The notes under the pieces: model-generated
The model's database searches: none
What the model saw: only the letters and a program-made list of their open reading frames with translations
Told to the model about the DNA's origin: nothing
From: a bacterium
GTDB taxonomy: Bacteria; Bacteroidota; Bacteroidia; NS11-12g; UBA9320
Length of the DNA stretch: 64,000 nt
Assembly (NCBI GenBank): GCA_018223105.1
Contig: JAAEYY010000005.1
Coordinates: 918 to 64,917 of the forward strand
Direction of reading: 5' to 3'
Program-made: the position numbers and the translations under genes
Shown here: positions 20,266-28,871 of the stretch, one piece after another
Layout: each line of letters starts with the position of its first letter
Position numbering within the stretch: the stretch's first letter is position 1

Positions 20266-20931
20266 TCATTTGGATTTACTTTTTCTATCATAGCTTTCCA
20301 TCAAGATGAGATGGCCATGAGTGTATTCAATTTGCACCAAGCCGGTTTCGATGGCTGTATTACTAGAGCCGGTTCGCATGCCGAGCTGAAGACTTTCATT
20401 TTCAAGATTATATAGCAATCCCGAAGTGCGTATTCCCTCTGCCAAACCAACAGGAATAAGAGATATAGGGTCTCCCTTATCATAATGCTTTTTAAATGTT
20501 TTTGGCAATAAATAACATTTATTTAAATCGTCATACACTACGATTTGTGCATTCTCATATTTAGCCAAAAGACTTAGGTTGTGCATGGTGTGATCTAAGC
20601 GCTCTCCTGTAGCCCAGACGATATTCATTTGGTCTTGACCCTTGGAAAGCAGATAATCTATACCTTTTTCGAGATCAGTATTGTCTTGTCTGTCAATTCT
20701 AAGATACTGAGTGTCAGGCATCTCTGTGAACGATCCGATAGAATCGAAGTCACCAATAACTACATCCGGCTTTATCCCTAATTCGAGAACTCGGTGATAA
20801 GCTCCATCTAAAACTACTATCGTTGGACTCCACTCTAATAAAGAGCTCAACAAAGAGTAACTGCAAGCAGCGCCATTAGCTATAATTAGAGCGGGTTCCT
20901 GACCTTCTCTTATGACATGGTGTGATGACAT
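20266..20931 (-). CDS. Thiamine diphosphokinase (thiamine pyrophosphokinase)
   Basis: VIGDFDSIGS and GERLDH motifs are typical of TPK. The ATG at 20929-20931 (MSSHH...) is preferred over the track's TTG at 20949. Confidence 0.7.
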   Translation of the reverse strand: MSSHHVIREGQEPALIIANGAACSYSLLSSLLEWSPTIVVLDGAYHRVLELGIKPDVVIGDFDSIGSFTEMPDTQYLRIDRQDNTDLEKGIDYLLSKGQDQMNIVWATGERLDHTMHNLSLLAKYENAQIVVYDDLNKCYLLPKTFKKHYDKGDPISLIPVGLAEGIRTSGLLYNLENESLQLGMRTGSSNTAIETGLVQIEYTHGHLILMESYDRKSKSK

Positions 20932-20993
20932 TTTGGTGCAATATTTCAATAAAGCTCAATAAAGAAAAATTTTGACCCTTTTATTTGTAGTAA

Positions 20994-23036
20994 ATGCGGA
21001 AGCTACTGGTTTTTTATATTGGCCTAAGTTTGATCTTGTTTTCTTGTAAGAAAGACAAATTCAACCATCAAAGTGAATGGTTAAGTCCAATTATGAAAAC
21101 AAGTATGGGCCTATCAGACCTTCAGTTTGATAGCCTTATTACCACTAATGCAGATAGCACTGTTGATCTTGTATTTACTTACAGTGAAAAGCTAGATAGC
21201 TTATTGAGTATTCTGGATGTTCCGGACAGCTTATCTGAAGTGTCTTTCAGTCTTACACAACTGGTGCTTGAAGATAGATCTTTTGCAGATACTCTGACAC
21301 TCAGAGAGATGTATCCTCCCATCATACTATATAATGGGCAAGAAGTAGAGCTGGAAGCTCAGAATATTACGGCCGATAATGGAACTACATTAGATGTTAC
21401 TGAAGAGTTTTTTGAAACGGCCACATTTAAGGAAGGCTTTCTCGATATTAAAATAGACAATGATTTACCGGTAGAAGCTGAACTTATTGAATTTGAGCTA
21501 CTCAATGCAGATGACCAATCAGTAGTGGTAAGTGGAACATTCAATAATATTCCGGCTTTTGGCTCAGACTCACAAACTTTCGACCTGGCAGGTAAAACGG
21601 TAAATGGAGTCTTGGAAGCAAAAGTGAAAAGAATTAAAACTAAAGCCAGTAATGGTAAGGTTCTGATAGATATAACAAAAGGTTTAATTCTCAACCTAAA
21701 TGTTAGAGACTTAAAACCGCTTTCCGCTACCGCAATTTTTCCGGCGCAGAACTTAATAGAGAAGAAGGATGAAACCACTTATAATTTCAAAGGTCCGGAG
21801 ATTACAGTAATGCGATTGAAGCAAGGCTTTGTAACCATGAAGGTCTTTTCTACAATAGAAGAAGAGATAATTCTAGAGTACATCGTTCCCCAGAGTAAGC
21901 ATGTTCAAACCAAAGAACAAATTAAAAGAACCTTTGTAATTCCACCTTCTAAAAATGGAGTCCCTTCCGAGATAGACCAAAACTTTTCAATTGGTAATTA
22001 CGAAATTCTGTACAAAGGTCAAGACCCAAATAAAGCTCCTTTCACTAATACTTTTTACAGTGAATTGAATGCAAGGATTGAATACACCGGTGAGGTACGA
22101 TCATTAGCGCTAAGCGACAGTATCTTTGTTCAATTTGGACTAGTAGATGTAGTTCCGGAGCTTGCAATTGGTGGATTTGGTCAAAATAGTTATGTGTTTC
22201 AAGACACGCAAGACTTGAAACCAATGAAGAACATTTACGGAAGGTTGAATCTGGATGATGCCCGGTTAAGTGTGATTTTTGAAAATGCTTTTGGAATAGA
22301 AGCGGATTTTACCATCAACAGTATTGTTGGGGAGAACACAAGAAGTGGTAAATCAGTAAAGCTAGTTTCAACTGACATAGGAGTGCCTTACCGCATTGAA
22401 AGAGGAATAAATGTTACTCCAAGTATCAGACCTTTCACGAAAAAAGTAACTTTTAATAAAAGTAATTCCAACCTTAAACTCTTTTTTGAGAATTTACCGG
22501 ATCGAATTCGACCTTCTTTTAAAGTACTTACACAACCTGATGGCCACAATAACTTTACAGATTTTGCATTTTTCGATAGCTATCTTCAGTCTTCAGTAGA
22601 GCTCAAAGTACCACTTAGGATGGCCCTAGAAGATTTAAAAATTGTTAAAACGACTCCTTTTGCAATTGAAGATCCGGCTATACAAAATATTAGAAGTGCA
22701 AACTTTAAAATGAGGGTAATTAACAGCTATCCTTGGGAAATGGATTTATATCTGGAGTTTTTAGATGATCAGGGAACAGTTCTCACAACTTTATTTGGAA
22801 ACCAAGGCGGTTTAATTGAGCCAGGATTTATAGACCAAAACTCAGGCAGAGTGTTGGAGCCAAAAGAAAACATTCTGGAAGTAGAGGTTAATCCGGAAAA
22901 GATGCGCTGGGTAAAAGAGGCAACTCAGATTCGTGTTTCCGGTACCTTTAATACTCCCGGGAATCAGCGTTATCAGCTGTATGATTTTTATAATATCGAT
23001 ATTAAATTGATTGCTGATTTTATCTATGAGAATTAA
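20994..23036 (+). CDS. Large lipoprotein, no recognisable domain (hypothetical)
   Basis: MRKLLVFYIGLSLILFSCKK is a lipobox. The protein is 680 aa. The stop overlaps the next gene by 11 nt. Confidence 0.55.
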   Translation: MRKLLVFYIGLSLILFSCKKDKFNHQSEWLSPIMKTSMGLSDLQFDSLITTNADSTVDLVFTYSEKLDSLLSILDVPDSLSEVSFSLTQLVLEDRSFADTLTLREMYPPIILYNGQEVELEAQNITADNGTTLDVTEEFFETATFKEGFLDIKIDNDLPVEAELIEFELLNADDQSVVVSGTFNNIPAFGSDSQTFDLAGKTVNGVLEAKVKRIKTKASNGKVLIDITKGLILNLNVRDLKPLSATAIFPAQNLIEKKDETTYNFKGPEITVMRLKQGFVTMKVFSTIEEEIILEYIVPQSKHVQTKEQIKRTFVIPPSKNGVPSEIDQNFSIGNYEILYKGQDPNKAPFTNTFYSELNARIEYTGEVRSLALSDSIFVQFGLVDVVPELAIGGFGQNSYVFQDTQDLKPMKNIYGRLNLDDARLSVIFENAFGIEADFTINSIVGENTRSGKSVKLVSTDIGVPYRIERGINVTPSIRPFTKKVTFNKSNSNLKLFFENLPDRIRPSFKVLTQPDGHNNFTDFAFFDSYLQSSVELKVPLRMALEDLKIVKTTPFAIEDPAIQNIRSANFKMRVINSYPWEMDLYLEFLDDQGTVLTTLFGNQGGLIEPGFIDQNSGRVLEPKENILEVEVNPEKMRWVKEATQIRVSGTFNTPGNQRYQLYDFYNIDIKLIADFIYEN

Positions 23037-24258
23037 AACTACAGCTTTATTCATCCTTATTGCCGGAGGTTTATTTGCACAAACAGATAGCAGTTTTCAC
23101 TTCACCGACTTCGATTTGCTTAATGCAGATCAAATTAACGAGAAACACGGCATAGAATTTAATGGGGGAGCATTCTATGAATCGAGCTCTGTTAATAGCC
23201 ACATGGCTTCTGATTTCTTGTTTTCAGATCGTTTTACAACGGCTTCTACAACAAGCTTTAAAGACTTAAACGTAGACAGAACTAATTTAAGAACCGGAAT
23301 ACAATCAAACTTGATCTACTTTCCCAATTGGAATGAATTTGATTTTTGGATTGGCTTCGAGTATGACAATAGTCTTGTTTTAAGCATGGATAAGACCATG
23401 AGTGAACTGTTTCTATTTGGAAACAAGCAGTTTGCGGGACAAGATATTCGCTCTAGAGACAATAGCTTATTAAGCTATGAGCGTGCAGGGATTAAATTCG
23501 GAAAGCATAGAAAGGTGTACGAGAAGTTTCATTTGAGCTACAATTTGGGCCTAAGTGTACTTTTAAACCACCAGTATTTTGAAGCGTCTGAAATTGGCTT
23601 GTTTACGGAAGCAGAAGGAGAGTATTTAGATGTGATTTTTGATGATGTGAGTTACTATAATGCCATAGATGAAACCCAGTACATGGGAACCCTAGGGCTC
23701 GCTTTGCGTTATCATCACAACGATAGAATGGTGATTGGAGCTGAAGTGGAAAACCTATCATGGTATTTTAATAATGGCTTGAAGACATCATCTTCAGTGG
23801 CAGTTGATACTAGCTTTAGGTTTGAAGGAATACCGGTTACTTTGGATGTTATCTTTAATGGAGGCTTAGAGCGATATAGTGATTCTATTTCTAATAGAAC
23901 TCTGGATAAGGATACTTTTGATCGGAGAATCTACTTCATGCCATCCTTGTTTCGGGTTTTTTACCAGCACCAATTGAGTGAAAAACACGGAATTAAGATA
24001 GAGGCATCAACTTCACAATGGCTGAGGTTTGGCTACAAAGGATCTGCTTCACATATCTACAAGCTAAACAATAGATGGGCTTTTCAGACCACGGTGTCTT
24101 ATGGAGATTTTAGCGGATTAACGCTGTCTGAACAAGTAGAATATAAAAGCCCTTGGAATTTGAATGCCTATGTAAGATTATATGGCATTAATGGTGCTGT
24201 AGCACCGGTGTACTTTACTGCCTATGGCGCTTTCATCGGGGTGTTTATAGACCTGTGA
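23026..24258 (+). CDS. Secreted beta-rich protein, possibly outer-membrane (hypothetical)
   Basis: The ATG at 23026 gives MRIKTTALFILIAGGLFAQ (a signal peptide). About 410 aa with alternating hydrophobic beta-strand-like segments. Confidence 0.5.
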   Translation: MRIKTTALFILIAGGLFAQTDSSFHFTDFDLLNADQINEKHGIEFNGGAFYESSSVNSHMASDFLFSDRFTTASTTSFKDLNVDRTNLRTGIQSNLIYFPNWNEFDFWIGFEYDNSLVLSMDKTMSELFLFGNKQFAGQDIRSRDNSLLSYERAGIKFGKHRKVYEKFHLSYNLGLSVLLNHQYFEASEIGLFTEAEGEYLDVIFDDVSYYNAIDETQYMGTLGLALRYHHNDRMVIGAEVENLSWYFNNGLKTSSSVAVDTSFRFEGIPVTLDVIFNGGLERYSDSISNRTLDKDTFDRRIYFMPSLFRVFYQHQLSEKHGIKIEASTSQWLRFGYKGSASHIYKLNNRWAFQTTVSYGDFSGLTLSEQVEYKSPWNLNAYVRLYGINGAVAPVYFTAYGAFIGVFIDL

Positions 24259-26471
24259 AGCCTGCTTATAAAGCGATCGCCAAAATCAATCATTTCAATA
24301 ATCTCTTCGCAAGTTAATGTGCGCATATATCGAAATATAAGGATGATATTGTCTTGGCACTCAATGTGATAGTCTTCCTCATCACTTAAGAAGGTCTGAA
24401 AATCTTCATCTAAAAGCCTCTTAATTGCTACTTCATCTTTACCCTTAATAGACAGTCTGTGACTCAAGCTTGCATCGTGGCCAATATCAAGCTTATTGTC
24501 ATCAGTAAACTCAAGGAATCGAGAGAAAAAGCGCTCGTGTTCTACTGAGAAATTTGGAAGATCCTGATCAAAGATTATTCTGAGCATAGAACAGTGATGT
24601 ACTTCAGCCATCATTAATGCACCCTCGTCAAAAGTGACATCATTAATTTCCCAGATTACGTCTGAGTCGAAGCTTCCTCTGATATTATTTTTAGCATACT
24701 CAATAGGTCTGCTTGTAAAAAACGTGTTTTCACGTAAACGGGTAATCTCCCAGTTTAAAGAGGGGTCAAACTCCCAGCCTTTTTCAAAGCACATCTCTTC
24801 CAGTTCCTTCTGTCTTTTGCTTAATTTCTTCTGTTTCAGTGGAGGAAGTACATGTATACTGTATGGATGTTCGCTGGTGGTTAGATGATCGTCAAGACCT
24901 AAAATTACATAAGATCCATTCTTCTCCGCTTGATAGTCTTCACCCCATTCATGAACATATTCCAATATTGAAAAATCAACAATTCGTGCAAGGGAGAAGT
25001 CAAAAATGACTTGTTGATTTTCAGGCATATCTCTCAAACTTTTTTCAAGCCGCACTACTCCTGCAAAGTTTACAACCCCTTTGGGCTTTACGTAGTAATG
25101 ATTATCAATTTTACTTAGTTTGAACGAGGGAGCGAATAGATATTTTGCAAATAAGGTAGCAGGAAGACTTGAGCGAATAAGGTGAATTAAAAGAGTAAAC
25201 ATCACCCCAATAACAATCCCCCATAGTAGGCTAGTAATCAGAGTAGCAACTAAAGTAGCAACCAAGATAAATAGCTGTTCGTAGCCTTTCAGGTTGGCAT
25301 CTTTAAAAACTTTTGGACTGGCCAGTTTATAGCCTGTATAAACCAATATAGCGGCCAATGCTGCCAGGGGCACCATTTGTATCAAATCAGTTAAAAGAAA
25401 AAGATATAGCACTAAAAACAGACCGTGATAGAAGCTAGATAACCTCGACTTAGCGCCGTGATATAAATTAACAGAGCTTCTTGAGATCACTGTTATTACC
25501 GGCAAACCACCTAAGGCGCCACTTAAGGCTGTACTGACTCCTACTGCAGTTAAATCGTGGTTTAAATTAGTTTTTCTTTTAAATGAATCTAGCTTGTCTA
25601 CACCTTTAGCTCCTAGAAGAGTTTCAATGGTTGAGATTAGAAATATTGAGAAAACCAAAACCCAAAATTCAAGTAAGTTTAGAAATGAAAAATCTGGGTA
25701 GAATGATATGCTATTAAAGATATTCTTTGGTAATGTAATAAGATTATCGGAGTTGATCTGATGAATTGAACCTAAAATTTGAGCTTCGCCGCCGGAGAAT
25801 GAAAGGAATGCTTTATAGAACAAAATTGAGCTGACCAGAACCCACATTGGTGCCGGAACAAACTTGATAAACTTGCTTTTGACATGCGGATGTCGAGCTA
25901 ATATGAACAAGCTATTTACGAAAATTATTGCAATTAGCGGGTTCATGTTTAGAAGGCTTTTTGGAATAGCCATAAGGCTTTCAATAGTGTTTCCTCCCGA
26001 AAACTCCACTCCTAAACCAACATGTATTTGATTAGCAAATATTATAACGCCAATTGCTGCAAGAATTCCTTGAACTACAGATGATGGCACAAAATTCCCG
26101 TACTTTCCAAGTTTAAATAGCCCAAACAAAGCCATCAATGCACCTGCAATAATGATCGCCGCGAGCACAACAGAGAATCCACCTTTAGCACTAATAGCAT
26201 CAAATCTTTGGATTGCAGTGAAAATAATGATGATCAATGCAGGTGATGGCCCATTAATGGTAACCTTCCCACTTCTAATAAAAGTTGTAATTAGTCCTCC
26301 AACTATTGCGGCTATTAGTCCGGCCATAGGCGGAGCACCTGCTGCGATTGCAACACCCAGCGCCAATGGTAAAGCCACTAATGACACACTAAAACCGGCA
26401 ACTAAATCACTTCTCCAACTACGAAGAGCAAACTTGATTCCGGAGTTCGATATTTCTTTGGACTCCTTCAA
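24222..26471 (-). CDS. SulP-family inorganic anion transporter with STAS domain and an extra C-terminal domain
   Basis: The N-terminal LVAGFSVSLVALPLALGVAIAAGAPPMAGLIAAIVGG is the SulP signature. At 749 aa it is about 200 aa longer than typical SulP. TTG start. Confidence 0.85.
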   Translation of the reverse strand: MKESKEISNSGIKFALRSWRSDLVAGFSVSLVALPLALGVAIAAGAPPMAGLIAAIVGGLITTFIRSGKVTINGPSPALIIIIFTAIQRFDAISAKGGFSVVLAAIIIAGALMALFGLFKLGKYGNFVPSSVVQGILAAIGVIIFANQIHVGLGVEFSGGNTIESLMAIPKSLLNMNPLIAIIFVNSLFILARHPHVKSKFIKFVPAPMWVLVSSILFYKAFLSFSGGEAQILGSIHQINSDNLITLPKNIFNSISFYPDFSFLNLLEFWVLVFSIFLISTIETLLGAKGVDKLDSFKRKTNLNHDLTAVGVSTALSGALGGLPVITVISRSSVNLYHGAKSRLSSFYHGLFLVLYLFLLTDLIQMVPLAALAAILVYTGYKLASPKVFKDANLKGYEQLFILVATLVATLITSLLWGIVIGVMFTLLIHLIRSSLPATLFAKYLFAPSFKLSKIDNHYYVKPKGVVNFAGVVRLEKSLRDMPENQQVIFDFSLARIVDFSILEYVHEWGEDYQAEKNGSYVILGLDDHLTTSEHPYSIHVLPPLKQKKLSKRQKELEEMCFEKGWEFDPSLNWEITRLRENTFFTSRPIEYAKNNIRGSFDSDVIWEINDVTFDEGALMMAEVHHCSMLRIIFDQDLPNFSVEHERFFSRFLEFTDDNKLDIGHDASLSHRLSIKGKDEVAIKRLLDEDFQTFLSDEEDYHIECQDNIILIFRYMRTLTCEEIIEMIDFGDRFISRLHRSINTPMKAP

Positions 26472-26504
26472 TAAAAAATTGCGCTAAAGCGCTAAAAATA
26501 AGGC

Positions 26505-27794
26505 TTATTGAGCAATTGCTCCTTGAGAGTATAATGGAAATTCTTCCATTAGTTCGTGAACTGCAGTTCTAACTTCTGCAATAGTTTCTTGATTATCAGT
26601 GTCATAAAGCACCTTGTCTATAAACTCAACCACCTTTGCCATATGGGGTTCTTTCATGCCTCGAGTAGTGATTGCAGGAGAACCTATTCTGATTCCTGAA
26701 GTTACAAAAGGAGATCGAGTTTCAAATGGAACCGTATTTTTATTAATGGTGATATCAGCTTTAACCAAGGTGTTTTCTGCCAATTTACCTGTTAGTTTAT
26801 CACTTTTCGACCTTAGGTCAATTAGCATTAAGTGGTTTTCAGTACCTCCACTTATTACTTTATATCCGAGATCTACAAAATCTTTTGCCAGCGCTTGTGC
26901 ATTTGCAATCACTTGCTTGCAATAGTCCTTGTATTCAGGTTGAAGAGCTTCTCCAAAAGCAACTGCTTTTGCTGCAATTACATGCTCTAATGGTCCTCCT
27001 TGCGTCCCTGGGAATACAGCACCATCAAGCACAGCAGACATCATCTTCAACTCTCCTTTCAGGTTCTTATGACCCATAGGATTCTCAAAGTCTTTTCCCA
27101 TCATAATCAAGCCACCTCTTGGACCTCTTAAGGTTTTATGAGTTGTAGTTGTAATAATATGACAGTGAGGAACAGGGTTATTTAGTAAACCACTGGCTAT
27201 TAGTCCTGCGGGATGAGAAATATCAGCCATAAGAATAGCTCCAACTTCATCTGCAATCTCTCTAAATCGTTTGTAGTCCCAATCTCTCGAGTAAGATGAT
27301 GCACCGCAAATGATTAATTTAGGCTGAACTTCTCTGGCTTTTGCAGCCACCTTGTCCATATCAATTAGTCCTGTTTCTTCGTCAACATCGTAAAATGCAG
27401 GTTTATAGATTTTGCCTGAAAAGTTTACCGGTGAACCATGCGTTAGATGTCCTCCATGAGATAGGTCAAATCCTAAAATTTGATCTCCGGGCTCAAGCAC
27501 ACCTAGCATTACAGCTGCATTTGCCTGCGCTCCACTATGCGGCTGAACATTCGCCCATTCGGCTCCGAAAAGTTCTTTAGCGCGATCAATAGCCAACTGC
27601 TCTATTTGATCCACTATTTCACAACCGCCGTAATATCGCTTACCTGGAAGGCCCTCGGCATATTTGTTCGTACAAATTGAACCCATTGCTCGCATTACTG
27701 CTTCGGAGGTAAAATTCTCCGATGCAATTAGCTCAATTCCGTGTCGCTGACGATTTAACTCATCATTGATTAATGAGAATACGATGTCTTTCAT
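26505..27794 (-). CDS. glyA: Serine hydroxymethyltransferase
   Basis: PLP-lysine region [14 protein letters not shown], 429 aa, conserved end to end. Confidence 0.95.
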   Translation of the reverse strand: MKDIVFSLINDELNRQRHGIELIASENFTSEAVMRAMGSICTNKYAEGLPGKRYYGGCEIVDQIEQLAIDRAKELFGAEWANVQPHSGAQANAAVMLGVLEPGDQILGFDLSHGGHLTHGSPVNFSGKIYKPAFYDVDEETGLIDMDKVAAKAREVQPKLIICGASSYSRDWDYKRFREIADEVGAILMADISHPAGLIASGLLNNPVPHCHIITTTTHKTLRGPRGGLIMMGKDFENPMGHKNLKGELKMMSAVLDGAVFPGTQGGPLEHVIAAKAVAFGEALQPEYKDYCKQVIANAQALAKDFVDLGYKVISGGTENHLMLIDLRSKSDKLTGKLAENTLVKADITINKNTVPFETRSPFVTSGIRIGSPAITTRGMKEPHMAKVVEFIDKVLYDTDNQETIAEVRTAVHELMEEFPLYSQGAIAQ

Positions 27795-27803
27795 AAAATA
27801 AAT

Positions 27804-28058
27804 TTAAGCGTTTTGAGCAACTTCTATTTCATAACCCTCCATAACAGGGTTCACTAATACTTTTTTACAAGCATCTTCAGCAATAGATTTTGCCTCTTCC
27901 TCGGAATTAGCATCAATATGCATCACAATACGCTTACCCACTCGCACATCGGCTACCTGGCTAAGACCAATTTTGTTTAATCCCTGATGAACAGTTTTAC
28001 CCTGTGGGTCTAATAATCCTTTTAATGGCAGGACATTCACGTATACTTCGTAAGTCAT
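27804..28058 (-). CDS. purS: Phosphoribosylformylglycinamidine synthase subunit PurS
   Basis: The 84-aa MTYEVYVNVLPLKGLLDPQGKTV... is typical of PurS. Confidence 0.85.
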   Translation of the reverse strand: MTYEVYVNVLPLKGLLDPQGKTVHQGLNKIGLSQVADVRVGKRIVMHIDANSEEEAKSIAEDACKKVLVNPVMEGYEIEVAQNA

Positions 28059-28747
28059 GATGATTGCAGTCTATTTTGAACCGTCAAAGAAATGACGATA
28101 TACATTATCAAACAAAGAAACAGACCAAAAAACTTGAAAATGATGAGTATGGGAACAGCACAAATCAAGATTATGAGTCGTAACCTATTGAGCGTGAGAT
28201 TTGCCGAACCTACTTTGAAGGATAATAACTTCCAGCTACTATTCATCAAATACGATCCTACAATCACAAAAAAAGCGAGGAAAATACCGGAACTGACTAG
28301 TTCATATGTCCAAGAAGGGAAATCAGTAGTTAGCGGAATTCCAAAAGCAGCTAAAGCTAAAGCGGGAGTGGGTAATCCTGTAAAGTACTCTGTTGATTGA
28401 GAACTGATGTTAAACTTAGCTAGTCTATAGCCTGCAAAAGCAGGGATTAATAGTGCCAAGTATTCCAGATGATAGGGTACCCCGATATTGGAGTAAAAAT
28501 TATACAATACTAAACCTGGAGCTGCACCGAAGCTAACCATATCTGCCATAGAATCCAGTTCTTTTCCTATGTCAGATTGTACTTTGAGCATTCTCGCTGC
28601 GGTACCATCCAAAAAGTCTGCTACTAAACAGACTAGAGCAAATAAAGCAGCTTGAAAAAATTCGTATTGAAATGAGCAAACTATGACCATTAAACCTGAT
28701 ACCAGATTGCTTAAAGTCAGTACATTTGGAATCTGTTTGCGAATCAT
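28055..28747 (-). CDS. pssA: CDP-alcohol phosphatidyltransferase, probably CDP-diacylglycerol--serine O-phosphatidyltransferase
   Basis: D(x)2DG(x)2AR...G(x)3D(x)3D motif (DFLDGTAARM...GKELDSMADM) and a multi-TM topology. Confidence 0.75.
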   Translation of the reverse strand: MIRKQIPNVLTLSNLVSGLMVIVCSFQYEFFQAALFALVCLVADFLDGTAARMLKVQSDIGKELDSMADMVSFGAAPGLVLYNFYSNIGVPYHLEYLALLIPAFAGYRLAKFNISSQSTEYFTGLPTPALALAAFGIPLTTDFPSWTYELVSSGIFLAFFVIVGSYLMNSSWKLLSFKVGSANLTLNRLRLIILICAVPILIIFKFFGLFLCLIMYIVISLTVQNRLQSS

Positions 28748-28871
28748 TTTTCAGATGCAAATTAATAACATTTAAGGTCTTGCATGATTTTTATCCCGTA
28801 TTCCTCATAAATTAACGATTGTTAACCCTGAACTAAAAGTTGATTCATACGTTTGAACCCTAGTTAAAAAA

